A DNA stretch of 64,000 nucleotides. Source: Candidatus Aminicenantes bacterium UBA6228. Lineage in GTDB: Bacteria > Acidobacteriota > Aminicenantia > Aminicenantales > Saccharicenantaceae. Position numbers and translations under genes: made by a program. Positions 26,611-37,414 of this stretch are shown here, piece by piece (position 1 is the stretch's first letter; each line of letters starts with the position of its first letter). Location: positions 64,155 to 128,154 of the forward strand of contig DJWO01000001.1 of NCBI GenBank assembly GCA_002441005.1, read 5' to 3'. The notes under the pieces are model-generated. The model had not been told where the DNA came from and did no database searches. It saw only the letters and a program-made list of their open reading frames with translations.

Positions 26611-29157
26611 ATGAAAAGTTATTTGACTCGGCCCCAGGTTAGAAAAAACGTCAGCTGGTTGTTGTTTTTTGTTCTTCTCCTTCTATCAAGCTGGTTAAGT
26701 ATAAGCTGCGGCGGGAAGAAGCAACCGGCCGCAACCACCGTGACTCAAGTTGCTACTAAAATTCCAGACCGGCTGCCAGCTCGAATTGCTGATGGGGCCA
26801 ATAAAGAAGTCCTGGTCATGACCCTGGGTGATATAAAGACACCGCTGGCCGACGGTACTTTTTACCCGGTAGAAGATAGAATTGTTCTCAACAACGGGCA
26901 GGAAATAAATGATTATTTCAAAACTAAGCTCGGAATAAAATTTTACCGGCCTCTCGATAAAAGTATTTTTCCGCTGCCGCCTTCGGGCTGGTGTACCTGG
27001 TACTATTATTACGGGGAAGTTAACCAGGAAGAAGTAGAAAAAAATGCCGTCTGGCTGGCCAGAAATCTCAAAGATTATGGTCTGAAGTACTGTCAACTTG
27101 ATGATGGTTGGCAGGGTCGCGGCCAGGGCAGTCCGGTTGATTATCGTGACTGGTCAAACGTCAACCAGCGTTTCTCCAAAGGGCTGGACAGCTTAGCCAG
27201 ATTTATCAAAGGCCAGGGACTGGTCCCGGGTCTGTGGCTGGCTCCTCACGGCCAGAGCAATGAAGAAGTGGTTAAGGCCAGCCGGGCCTTCCTGTTGACC
27301 CCGGACGGCCAGTCCCCTTCTTCCACCTGGGAAGGTAAATTCTTGCTTGATCCTTCCAAACCCGAAGCTCTGAGCTATTTAACTGAGCTGTTTACCAAAC
27401 TTTCTGCTGACTGGGGCTTTGAGTATTTTAAAATCGATGGCCAGCCGATTGTCGTTGATGAGTATCGTCAAAAGCAGCAGTTCATGGCCTCTCCTGGTGA
27501 TCCTGAACAGCTTTACCGCCGGACTCTGGAAACCATCAGGCAGGCTATCGGCCCCAACCGTTTTCTTCTTGGCTGCTGGGGAACTCCTTTAGAAGGAGCC
27601 GGTATTTTTAATGGTTCCCGAACCGGCGGAGATATTGTTCCTGCCTGGGAAGGGTTTCAAGTGGCGGCCGAAGCCACCATGAAATACTATTTCCTTCATA
27701 ATATCGTCTGGTACTCCGACCCGGATGTGATGCTGGTCCGCTATCCCCTGACCCAGGACATGGCCAGAGCCTGGGCCAGCCTGCAGGGCTTAACCGGCCA
27801 GGCTTTGATGGCTTCTGACCGGATGTATGATTTACCGGCTGACCGGGTGGAAATTCTCAAGCGGGCCTATCCGGCGGTGGATATCAGACCGCTTGATTTA
27901 TTTCCTGCCAGCCGCTTCAAGAAAATCTGGGACCTCAAAATCAATCACCTTGGCCGTCAATATGATGTGGTCGGCTGCTTCAACTATGATCAGACTCAAA
28001 GTCAGGGGCTGGAAGTCAAATGGGCCGACCTCGGTCTCGAAGATAACGCCCGTTACCATATTTATGATTTCTGGAACAAGGACTATTTAGGCTGTGTGGA
28101 GAAAGGCATCTATGTGACCATCCCGCCAGCCGGAGTGAGGGTTTTAACTTTAGTCAAAGACAACGGCCAGCCCCAGCTCATTTCAACCTCCCGTCATATC
28201 ACTCAGGGCTGGGTAGAGCTGGAGTCACTCGCCTATGAACCTGAAAACAGGGTGATCAGGGGCCAGAGCCGGGTGATTAAAGGTGATCCCTATGAATTAA
28301 GGTTTGCCTTCCCGAGGAATGAACGCTATCTCAGAATAAAAAGAGTCGAAGCCCCCGGTTATAATTTCAGTTTAGAAAATCATGATGGCTGGGCAACGGT
28401 AACTCTCAGCAGCCAGTCAAATGACACTGTTTCATGGGAAGTCTATTTTGAAGCGGGTGATGTTTATAATTATCCAGCCAGGACGCCGGCCGGACTGAAG
28501 GCTGAAATCAGGAGCTTGAATAAAGTCAGGCTCGACTGGCAGCCGCTTTATTATCTTAATGCCGGTTATTTTATTTATCTTAATGGCCAGCCCTATCTTT
28601 ACACACCGGTTAACCGCGGCGAGTTGAGCGGACTCAATCCGGATGAGGACTATCTGGTTGAAGTCAAAGGAGCCTGGCTGGATGGTTCAACCAGTGAGAA
28701 AGCCGCTTCGCTTCAATTGAGACTGTCGGCTGTCCTGCCGGCAGAGGTCTATTTATCTGATCTTGAACCTGAATATCTGGTCTCAGACTGGGGTTCTCCC
28801 AGAATGAACCGCTCCGCTGCCGGAACCCCGCTTAAAATTGGTGACCGGCCCTACCGCTCTGGAATTGGAACTAACGCCAGGTCAGAAGTCGTCTTCGACC
28901 TGGGCGGAATATTTAAAACCTTTGAAAGCGAAGTCGGACTGGATGCCGCCTCCGGTGGTCGAGGTTCGGTTGAATTTAAGATCTTTGGCGATACTAAGCT
29001 TCTCTGGAAAAGCGGGCTCGTTAAGGGCCGGGCTCCAGCCAGAAAGGTCAGAGTCAATATCAGCGGAGTCAAGGAACTCCGCCTGGTAACCGAAGATGGC
29101 GGAGACGGACCGCGTTCCGACCTGGCCGATTGGGCGGAAGCCAGGGTCAGAAAGTAG
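26611..29157 (+). CDS. Lipoprotein glycoside hydrolase (clan GH-D, alpha-galactosidase-like catalytic domain) with FN3-like and C-terminal NPCBM domains
   Basis: 848 aa. Lipobox LSISCGG. Catalytic core SGWCTWYYY...CQLDDGWQ and putative nucleophile region EYFKIDG. FN3-like segment (RLDWQP...). C-terminal NPCBM-like domain (YLSDLEP...DWGSP...GIGTNARSEVVFDLGG...GSVEFKIFGD...DLADWAEARV). Confidence 0.6.
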   Translation: MKSYLTRPQVRKNVSWLLFFVLLLLSSWLSISCGGKKQPAATTVTQVATKIPDRLPARIADGANKEVLVMTLGDIKTPLADGTFYPVEDRIVLNNGQEINDYFKTKLGIKFYRPLDKSIFPLPPSGWCTWYYYYGEVNQEEVEKNAVWLARNLKDYGLKYCQLDDGWQGRGQGSPVDYRDWSNVNQRFSKGLDSLARFIKGQGLVPGLWLAPHGQSNEEVVKASRAFLLTPDGQSPSSTWEGKFLLDPSKPEALSYLTELFTKLSADWGFEYFKIDGQPIVVDEYRQKQQFMASPGDPEQLYRRTLETIRQAIGPNRFLLGCWGTPLEGAGIFNGSRTGGDIVPAWEGFQVAAEATMKYYFLHNIVWYSDPDVMLVRYPLTQDMARAWASLQGLTGQALMASDRMYDLPADRVEILKRAYPAVDIRPLDLFPASRFKKIWDLKINHLGRQYDVVGCFNYDQTQSQGLEVKWADLGLEDNARYHIYDFWNKDYLGCVEKGIYVTIPPAGVRVLTLVKDNGQPQLISTSRHITQGWVELESLAYEPENRVIRGQSRVIKGDPYELRFAFPRNERYLRIKRVEAPGYNFSLENHDGWATVTLSSQSNDTVSWEVYFEAGDVYNYPARTPAGLKAEIRSLNKVRLDWQPLYYLNAGYFIYLNGQPYLYTPVNRGELSGLNPDEDYLVEVKGAWLDGSTSEKAASLQLRLSAVLPAEVYLSDLEPEYLVSDWGSPRMNRSAAGTPLKIGDRPYRSGIGTNARSEVVFDLGGIFKTFESEVGLDAASGGRGSVEFKIFGDTKLLWKSGLVKGRAPARKVRVNISGVKELRLVTEDGGDGPRSDLADWAEARVRK

Positions 29158-29194
29158 AAATCAAAAAGCAGAAAAATAAAAAATAAATAGATGC

Positions 29195-30190
29195 TTATTT
29201 TCTGATCGGAAAATGAACGTCGGTCTTTTCTTCGCTGCGGTCAGTGGCCGGAGCTGGTTCTGGAGATAAATTTGAGATTTGCTGGCGGAGTTCTGGGGTC
29301 ATATTTATTTCCGTAGCAGCTAAAATATCCTTCAATTGGTTGACATTTCTGGCCCCAATAATCGGAGCGCTGACGACCGGATGACTGCCCACCCAGGCCA
29401 CGGCCAGGCTGACCGGATTATAACCACACTCCCGGGCGAACTCTGTAAACCTTTCAGCTACCTCGAAGGCCTGCTCATCCTGATATCTCGTTTTATAAAT
29501 TTTATTTTCGACCAGACGGCCAGAAGCGGGACGCTTATTTTTCCCGTATTTGCCGGAGAGCAGGCCACCGGCCAGCGGGCTATAGGGCAGGACACCGAGT
29601 TTTTCAGCTTCAGCCATGGGCAAAATTTCCACTTCGGCCTGGCGCTTGATCAGATTATACATCGGCTGAATACAGGCCACCGGAGCCAGGCTGTAAAGGG
29701 CTGAAACCCCGATAGCTTTTTCTATCTGCCAGGCAGCCATGTTGCTCAAACCCAAATAAACAACTTTTCCCTGGTGGACCAGGTCATCGAGCGCCCGGAG
29801 GGTCTCTTCGAGCGGAGTGATATCATCAAAACGGTGAATAAAATAGATATCCAGCCGGTCAGTTTGCAGCCGCCGGAGACTGCCTTCGACTGCATACATG
29901 ATATGGCGCCGGTTGGCTCCCATGGCATTCTGATCAGGCCCGGTCGGGAAATAAACTTTGCTGGTGAGGATGACTTCTTCCCGGCAATCTTTAATCAGCC
30001 GGCCCAGTATTTCTTCTGCCTGTCCGCGGGCATAGAGGTCAGCACAATCAAAGATATTAAGGCCCTCATCCCGGCAGACAGCCAGCATTTCCGCTGAAGT
30101 CTTCTCGTCGGCTTCAGCTCCAAAAGACATTGTTCCAAAACATAATTCTGATATTTTCAGTCCAGTCTGGCCAAAGTTTTTATATTTCAT
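29195..30190 (-). CDS. Aldo/keto reductase family oxidoreductase
   Basis: 331 aa. AKR catalytic tetrad context (DCADLYARGQAEEILG, K in TSKV, H in IHRFD). Typical Tas/YhdN-like length. Confidence 0.85.
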   Translation of the reverse strand: MKYKNFGQTGLKISELCFGTMSFGAEADEKTSAEMLAVCRDEGLNIFDCADLYARGQAEEILGRLIKDCREEVILTSKVYFPTGPDQNAMGANRRHIMYAVEGSLRRLQTDRLDIYFIHRFDDITPLEETLRALDDLVHQGKVVYLGLSNMAAWQIEKAIGVSALYSLAPVACIQPMYNLIKRQAEVEILPMAEAEKLGVLPYSPLAGGLLSGKYGKNKRPASGRLVENKIYKTRYQDEQAFEVAERFTEFARECGYNPVSLAVAWVGSHPVVSAPIIGARNVNQLKDILAATEINMTPELRQQISNLSPEPAPATDRSEEKTDVHFPIRK

Positions 30191-31977
30191 CTTTCCTCCT
30201 GTTTATTTATCTTTTCCAGGTCAAGTCCTTCTCCCCGCTGGTAAAGGCCAGGGATGGAAACAGGCAGCCGGCCAGAAAGACGGATCTCTCCGGCGAGAGC
30301 CATAGCCGCCAGTTCCTGGGTTTCAGGCGTGTTGCGGTACAGGCAGAGATAACTATCAACCTGGGGCAAATGGCGTATAAAATAAGGACTGCCAAAAGAC
30401 AGAGCCACCACCGGCCGGCCAGCTTCCTTGATTTTCCGGAGAAGCTCAATCTGCCCTGGCACCAGATCAACACTCCCCTTACCGGCCTGGAGGTTGGAAA
30501 AGAGAGCAGCTATGACCACCTCAGCCTGAAGAGAAGCAGTCAAAGCCTCTTCTAATTTTTCCTGCCCGGTATCCCCATCAGCATAAAAAGTCTGAGCAGC
30601 AGGAAATCTTTCAGTCAGAGCAGCAGCTAACCTTCTGCCGGCATAAAAATCACCTGGATCACTGCTTAAAGAAAGAATAACCATTTTCTTTCCGGGCCGA
30701 ACTGGCAGAAGATTATTCTCATTTTTGACTAAAGTAATGGCTGACTCAAAAGTCTTCCAGGCAGTTTCTTTAAACTCTGGCCGCCCAAGAATCAGCGGCA
30801 AATCGTCAAGTGAAACCTGCGAGCTGCGGTTGAGTCCCAGCCTGGCTTTAGCCGCCAGCACCCGCCGCACCGATTCTTCCACCCGGCTCAAGGGCAAATC
30901 GCCTTTCCCCACAGCTTGTTTCAAATAATTGATGACCTTGACGGGCTCGGGCGGGAGAAGAAGGAGATCAACTCCAGACTTAAGAGCCCGGAGGGAGGCT
31001 TCTTCCTGACTAAAATAACGCATGATGCCAGCCATCTCGATAGCATCGGTGACAATGAGACCTTTAAAACCCATCTTATTTCTGAGCAAATCACTTAGAA
31101 TCAGCGGCGATAAAGTGGCCGGCAAGCCTGGTTCTGGTTCAAGAGCTGGCACATAGAGGTGGGCGGTCATGATGGCTTCGACTCCCTGGTCTATAGCCTT
31201 TTGAAATGGATAAAGCTCAACTTTTTCGAGCCGGTCAAGGTCGGCCTTGATGACCGGCAGCAGGCTGTGCGAATCCTGGTCAGTATCACCATGACCGGGG
31301 AAATGTTTGGCAGTGGCTATCATCCCCTTTGACTGGCAGCCGCGAATAAAAGCTCCGGTCAGACGGGCAACTTGCTCCGGGTCTTCGCCGGCTGATCTGA
31401 CGTTAATAATCGGATTATCCGGGTTAATATTAACATCCACCACCGGGGCATAAGTCATATGAATGCCCAGAGCCCGGCCCTCGATAGCGGTAATCCGGCC
31501 CATCTCATAGGCCAGTTGTTCCGAACCGGTGGCGCCCAGAGCCATAAGCGGCGGAAACAGAGTCGCCCCGGTCACCTGATTGCCCGTTCCCCTTTCCAGG
31601 TCAGAGGCAATAAGAAGCGGAACATCAGCCAGCTGCTGGAAATGATTGGTAAAATAGGCTGTCTCCAAGGGTTCTCCGCCAAAGAGAATCAGCCCGCCTA
31701 AGTGATAATCACGGACCAGGCTTTCCAGCTGCTTGAAATCTTCATCCTGGCGGTTATAGAATTCGCCATGATAACGGGCGACCACCAGCTGGCCGATCTT
31801 TTCTTCCAGACTCATTTTTCGCATGGTCTTTTCTATCCATTTTTGCTGACTGGCAGTCAGGCCTGAGTCTTTAGCCGGTTTGACCTGGGTCAAACAGCTG
31901 GCCATAAATACTACTAAAATAGTAGGGATTAGTCCTTTCCAGAGGTTTCTTGGTTTCATTGGTTTCTTCCTTTCCAA
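30187..31977 (-). CDS. Glycoside hydrolase family 3 (beta-N-acetylhexosaminidase / beta-glucosidase-like), lipoprotein
   Basis: 596 aa. Lipobox FMASC. GH3 N-domain motifs (KIGQL, KHFPGHGDT, catalytic D in GLIVTDAIEM). C-terminal alpha/beta sandwich domain. 4-nt overlap with the downstream AKR gene. Confidence 0.8.
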   Translation of the reverse strand: MERKKPMKPRNLWKGLIPTILVVFMASCLTQVKPAKDSGLTASQQKWIEKTMRKMSLEEKIGQLVVARYHGEFYNRQDEDFKQLESLVRDYHLGGLILFGGEPLETAYFTNHFQQLADVPLLIASDLERGTGNQVTGATLFPPLMALGATGSEQLAYEMGRITAIEGRALGIHMTYAPVVDVNINPDNPIINVRSAGEDPEQVARLTGAFIRGCQSKGMIATAKHFPGHGDTDQDSHSLLPVIKADLDRLEKVELYPFQKAIDQGVEAIMTAHLYVPALEPEPGLPATLSPLILSDLLRNKMGFKGLIVTDAIEMAGIMRYFSQEEASLRALKSGVDLLLLPPEPVKVINYLKQAVGKGDLPLSRVEESVRRVLAAKARLGLNRSSQVSLDDLPLILGRPEFKETAWKTFESAITLVKNENNLLPVRPGKKMVILSLSSDPGDFYAGRRLAAALTERFPAAQTFYADGDTGQEKLEEALTASLQAEVVIAALFSNLQAGKGSVDLVPGQIELLRKIKEAGRPVVALSFGSPYFIRHLPQVDSYLCLYRNTPETQELAAMALAGEIRLSGRLPVSIPGLYQRGEGLDLEKINKQEER

Positions 31978-32088
31978 AACCGGCCAGTTTCTTCCGGTCT
32001 AAGTATTGTCAATTCATATTTAAATTCAAAGTTAACCTTTAATCCAGCCATTAACCTGTATGATATTCAGTCAGCTTATTTTTTCAAC

Positions 32089-33414
32089 TTAATCCAAAAA
32101 ATAGCGAGCTAAGAGCAACAAAGCGATGAGATAAACCAGCCAGTGAACTTTTCGGCCTTCTCCTTTAAAAATCTTAAGGAGCGAGTAGCTGATAAAACCA
32201 AAAGCCAGACCGTCGGTGATACTGACGGTGAGCGGAGTGACCACTAAGGTCAAAAAGGCCGGAACAGCTTCAGTGACATCTTCCCAGTCTATCCGGGCCA
32301 CAGCCTTGATCATCATGAAACCGACAATGATCAGAGCCGGGGCAATGACCGGCCGCAGAACCTGGCCATTATCAACATAGCTGCCTCCAATCATTTCAGC
32401 TAAGGGGTTCAAGAACAAAGCAGCCAGAAAGAAAAGAGAGGTAAAAACGTTGGCCAGGCCGGTGCGGGCTCCCTGGGCAATCCCGGTTGAACTTTCTACA
32501 TAGCTGCTGACCGTCGAAGTCCCAAGCAGGGTTCCGGCGACGGTACCAATGGCATCGGCCAGCATGGCCTGGTTGGCCCGGGGAAGTTTTTTATTCTTAA
32601 AGAAACCAGCCGGACTGCCGACCCCGACCAGTGTCCCAACCGTATCAAAAACGTCAAGAAAGAAAAAGACAAAAATAATTGGAATCAGTCCGCCTCTAAG
32701 AGCCCCGGTTATATCCAGTTTTAAAAATGTCGGGGAGAGAGAAGGAGGAGCCGAAAACAGGCCCTGGAATTTAACCACTCCCAGAACCAGGCCTAAAAGG
32801 GCTGAAGATAGAATCCCCCAGAGTAAAGCCCCTGGAATTCTCCTGGTCAGGAGAATAGCTATGACTGCCAGTCCGAAGAGAGAAACCAGAACCGGCCGGC
32901 TGCCCAGACGGCCAAGCCCGACCAGTACCCCGGGAGTGGCAACCACGATCCCGGCATATTCCAATCCAACCAGGCCAATCAACAACCCGATGCCAGCAGC
33001 TATAGCCTGCTTCAGAGACTCGGGAACAATATCTACCAGCTTGCCTGCCACACCCATCAGCGCCAGGAGAGCAAAAATGCAACCGGAAATAAAATTAGCC
33101 CCCAGAGCTACCTGCCAGGAATAGCCCATCAGGCCACAGACGGTGACGGCAAAAAAAACATTATGACCCATGGCCGGGGCCTGGGCGATGGGATAATTGG
33201 ACAGCAGGCCGGTCAGCAGAGTGGCTAAAGCACTGGCCAGGCAGGTAGCCACCATAACCGCCGCGGTATTCATCCCAACTCCTCCCAGAATGGCTGGCTG
33301 AACAAAGATGATATAGGACATGGTCATAAAGGTGGTCAGGCCACCGAGGAATTCTGTTCGGAAGTCAGTCCGGTTTTCACTGAGCTTAAAAGTTTTTTCT
33401 AACCAGGACTTCAT
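32089..33414 (-). CDS. NCS2/AzgA-family purine (adenine/guanine/hypoxanthine) permease
   Basis: 441 aa, roughly 12-14 TM helices. AzgA-type N-terminus MKSWLEKTFKLSENRTDFRTEFLGGLTTFMTMSYIIFVQP. Confidence 0.8.
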   Translation of the reverse strand: MKSWLEKTFKLSENRTDFRTEFLGGLTTFMTMSYIIFVQPAILGGVGMNTAAVMVATCLASALATLLTGLLSNYPIAQAPAMGHNVFFAVTVCGLMGYSWQVALGANFISGCIFALLALMGVAGKLVDIVPESLKQAIAAGIGLLIGLVGLEYAGIVVATPGVLVGLGRLGSRPVLVSLFGLAVIAILLTRRIPGALLWGILSSALLGLVLGVVKFQGLFSAPPSLSPTFLKLDITGALRGGLIPIIFVFFFLDVFDTVGTLVGVGSPAGFFKNKKLPRANQAMLADAIGTVAGTLLGTSTVSSYVESSTGIAQGARTGLANVFTSLFFLAALFLNPLAEMIGGSYVDNGQVLRPVIAPALIIVGFMMIKAVARIDWEDVTEAVPAFLTLVVTPLTVSITDGLAFGFISYSLLKIFKGEGRKVHWLVYLIALLLLARYFLD

Positions 33415-33509
33415 TCTCCCGCCTCCTTTCGAGTCATCGTGGTTGTAATCAGTTCGGCTGGCTGGATAAAGTAATTATTGCCCGCTGGGCAGCCTTGGAC
33501 TGACAAAAT

Positions 33510-34046
33510 TTAAAATTTAATCAAGCTATAAATTGGAACTTCAGGGTGAGCAGCCGCCATCCGGCTCGAACCTTCCAGTGAGGTCAGCTCAACCACCGCT
33601 TCAAAAGCGGCCACTTTCCCGCCCAGCTGTTCGACCAGTTCAATAGCACTGATGCCGGAAGAGCCGGTGGCAATTAAATCATCAACAATGATGACCTTTT
33701 CGCCCTGTCCAACGCTGTCCACATGAGCTTCGAAATACTCGACGGCATATTCATTCGGAGCCAGAATAGTCAGGGATTTCCGGGGGAGCTTGCCTTTTTT
33801 CCTGATCAGACTGAAACCAAGCCTTAGCTCCCGGGCCAGGGCGGCGCCGAAAATGAAACCTCGCGATTCAATAGCCGCTATCCTGTCAGGCGAGTATTCC
33901 CTGGCGATGGCCGCCAGGTCGTCAATGGCCTGATTAAAAGCCTGCCGGTCCTGGATGACCGGGGTTAAATCCTTGAAGATTACTCCCTTCTTCGGGAAAT
34001 CAGGAACATCAACAATCATTGCTTTAAGATCTAACATCATGCCCAT
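33510..34046 (-). CDS. apt: Adenine phosphoribosyltransferase
   Basis: 178 aa. PRPP-binding motif VIIVDDLIATGSS. Type I PRTase fold pattern. The true start is probably the 3rd or 4th Met (SD aaagga upstream). Confidence 0.9.
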   Translation of the reverse strand: MGMMLDLKAMIVDVPDFPKKGVIFKDLTPVIQDRQAFNQAIDDLAAIAREYSPDRIAAIESRGFIFGAALARELRLGFSLIRKKGKLPRKSLTILAPNEYAVEYFEAHVDSVGQGEKVIIVDDLIATGSSGISAIELVEQLGGKVAAFEAVVELTSLEGSSRMAAAHPEVPIYSLIKF

Positions 34047-34129
34047 CCTTTCAGCTGAGAAGTTGTCAGCTCCTCAGTCTAATCAATCCGGGTATATTCA
34101 AGAAACAGGCGCGCCCAGATACCAGAGGT

Positions 34130-34675
34130 TTAATCACTCTCTTTTCGTCCCTCATTCCTGGCTCTTCTTTTCCTGTTATTATTCTGGCCGGAAAAAAAGC
34201 CAACCCCTGGCTCCAGGCCAGAAATTTTTATCCGCCGCTCCTTATCGCCAATGACTTTGATAAAAATCTTGATGACCTTAACCCCTTTGATTTCAAAGGG
34301 TAATTTTTCTGCCCACTCAATAGCCACTACCCCGCTGCCCAATAAATCCTCCAGACCAAGGTCGGCAATTTCTTGAGCTTCTCCCAGCCGGTAAAGATCC
34401 AGATGATAGAGAGGCACCCGGCCCTCATAAATATTAAGCAAAGTAAAAGACGGGCTGCAGACATAAGTTTGGTCGCCAACCCCCAGACCGGCCGCCAGGC
34501 CGCCGACCATCAGCGTCTTACCAGCCCCCAGCTCGCCGATGAGCAGAATGACTTCATCTCCGCCGAGGCTTTGACCGAGATTTTTAGCCAGTTCAAAAGT
34601 TTCTTCTTCCGAACCGGTGGTAAAAACCAAATCAGCTCCGTCAGTCTTCATTGTCCTCTCCACGCCGGGCAACAA
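34130..34675 (-). CDS. tsaE: tRNA threonylcarbamoyladenosine biosynthesis ATPase TsaE
   Basis: 181 aa. P-loop GELGAGKT. Conserved SPSFTLLNIYEG region. About 35-aa basic (R/K-rich) C-terminal extension. The ORF-track start overlaps nnr by 35 nt, so the start is probably internal (MKTDG...). Confidence 0.75.
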   Translation of the reverse strand: MLPGVERTMKTDGADLVFTTGSEEETFELAKNLGQSLGGDEVILLIGELGAGKTLMVGGLAAGLGVGDQTYVCSPSFTLLNIYEGRVPLYHLDLYRLGEAQEIADLGLEDLLGSGVVAIEWAEKLPFEIKGVKVIKIFIKVIGDKERRIKISGLEPGVGFFSGQNNNRKRRARNEGRKESD

Positions 34676-36221
34676 ACGAAATGGCTGAAGGCAGATAGCG
34701 AATCAAATCGGTGGCCAGGAGAGGCCTCTCCCCTATCTTATCCGCCGCTAAGTCCCCGCTCAGTCCATGAACAAAGACAGCATTGACCACCGCCTGGGTC
34801 AGATCCTTAGTCTGCATCGCTTCAGAAGCAATAAAGCCGGAGAGGACATCGCCGCTTCCGCCGGAGGCCATGCCCGGATTACCGGTTGGATTAACCCAGA
34901 TCTTTCCCTGGGGGGAAACAGTCAGGGATTTGTAGCCTTTAAAAACCAGATGCAGATGGTATTTGGCGGCAAATTCAGGCCCAACTTCCAGCCGGTGGCG
35001 GAGGGCTTCGCCGGTTGGAATTCCAGACAGCCTGGAAAATTCTCCAGGATGAGGCGTTAAAACTGTTTTAGCCGGTAGAGACGATAGAATTTCACGCCTG
35101 GAGGAGATGATATTGAGGCCATCGGCATCAATAATAACCGGCAGCTTGGTCTTTTTTATCCGTTCCAATAAGTTTAAAACTAAAGAAGAAGTCTCGGAAT
35201 GAGTGGAAAGACCAGGCCCCAGGAGCAGAGCATCTTTGCCCTCCAGAAGCTCAAGCACCCGGCTCAAGGCCCGTTCAGAAATAGTCCTGGCACTGGTTTC
35301 GGGCAGGGGCTCAGTCATTAATTCAGGCATGGTTTTAGCCACTACCGGCAGGCAGCTGTCAGCCGTGGCCACTGTCACCAGTCCAGCCCCCATCTTCAGG
35401 GCAGCTTTCCCAGCCATAGCCGCGGCTCCGGTTTTGCCATAAGAGCCAGCCAGAATCAGTAAATGGCCATAGCTGCCTTTATGAGTGCCTTTCTCCCGTG
35501 GTTGAAAATATGGCTGGAGGGAATCAATTTCAACCAGCTCTATTGAAAAATCCGGCCGGTTGAAAAGAAAAGGCGGAACACTGATATCAGCCACATAGAG
35601 TTCGCCGGTATAATCTTCAGCTGGCGGGAAAATATGAGCAATCTTGGGCGCGGCCATGGTCACTGTAAAATCAGCTTTGACCGCCGGGCCGATAAGTTCA
35701 AAACTATCAGCCGAGAGCCCGGATGGAATATCAACAGCCACAATCAAATCTCCGGAGTTATTAAGGTCATTAATAACCTGAGCATACAGCCCGGAGAGAG
35801 GACTGGACAGCCCGGTGCCAAACAGGGCATCAATGACGACCGGCGCTTCTTTTAAAAGAGGCCGGTATCTTCTCCAGAGAGCGGGAGTAGGAACAGCTTT
35901 GATTTTTATCCCGGTTTTTTTAGCAATCTGGAGATTGACCAGGGCATCGCCCTTGACTTCTTCCTCCCGGCTGACCAGGAGAACTTCACAGTCAACTCCA
36001 TAGTTAAAAAGATGGCGGGCAGCCACCAAGCCGTCTCCGCCGTTATTGCCTTTTCCAGCGATGACCAAAACCGGGCAGCCAGGGCCGATCTTGAGCTCAT
36101 TGGAGAGAAGGCTGGCCACTTCCCGCCCGGCATTTTCCATTAAAACCAGGCCCGGAATCCCCAGGTTTTCTATCGCCTGGCGGTCTATTTCTCTCATCTG
36201 GCTGGCAGTCAGAATTTTCAT
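34641..36221 (-). CDS. nnr: Bifunctional NAD(P)H-hydrate repair enzyme (epimerase + ADP-dependent dehydratase)
   Basis: 526 aa. YjeF-N domain (GKGNNGGDGLVAARHL) fused to a carbohydrate-kinase-like YjeF-C domain (GSGDVLSG). Confidence 0.85.
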   Translation of the reverse strand: MKILTASQMREIDRQAIENLGIPGLVLMENAGREVASLLSNELKIGPGCPVLVIAGKGNNGGDGLVAARHLFNYGVDCEVLLVSREEEVKGDALVNLQIAKKTGIKIKAVPTPALWRRYRPLLKEAPVVIDALFGTGLSSPLSGLYAQVINDLNNSGDLIVAVDIPSGLSADSFELIGPAVKADFTVTMAAPKIAHIFPPAEDYTGELYVADISVPPFLFNRPDFSIELVEIDSLQPYFQPREKGTHKGSYGHLLILAGSYGKTGAAAMAGKAALKMGAGLVTVATADSCLPVVAKTMPELMTEPLPETSARTISERALSRVLELLEGKDALLLGPGLSTHSETSSLVLNLLERIKKTKLPVIIDADGLNIISSRREILSSLPAKTVLTPHPGEFSRLSGIPTGEALRHRLEVGPEFAAKYHLHLVFKGYKSLTVSPQGKIWVNPTGNPGMASGGSGDVLSGFIASEAMQTKDLTQAVVNAVFVHGLSGDLAADKIGERPLLATDLIRYLPSAISFVARRGEDNED

Positions 36222-36310
36222 GGCTGACCTCTTTTCTCAGAAGAAAAATTTTATCATAAAATGGCTGCCTGGATAACAGTTAATCTGACAATTTAAAATC
36301 GGCCTCAATC

Positions 36311-36339
36311 TTGATTCAACTTTTCTTCTGTGCTAAATT
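36311..36339 (+). promoter_or_regulatory. Candidate sigma70 promoter of the gap-pgk-tpiA-secG operon
   Basis: TTGATT (36311-36316), exact 17-nt spacer, then TAAATT (36334-36339). About 50 nt upstream of the gap start. Read by eye. Confidence 0.45.
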
Positions 36340-36344
36340 TATAA

Positions 36345-37397
<1,053 letters not shown>

Positions 37398-37414
37398 GAG
37401 GACTGGAGGACCTG

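Noticed and set aside
32549-33124. 191-aa ORF antisense inside the AzgA permease gene
   Set aside because: Pro/Arg/Thr-rich, low-complexity translation typical of the reverse strand of a hydrophobic membrane-protein gene. No support.
34047-34140. Possible purine riboswitch in the apt leader
   Set aside because: The reverse-complement leader has a few riboswitch-like words (GGTATCTGG, GTTTCTTGA). I could not assemble the P1-P2-P3 three-way junction with conserved loops. Treated as chance similarity pending an Infernal scan.
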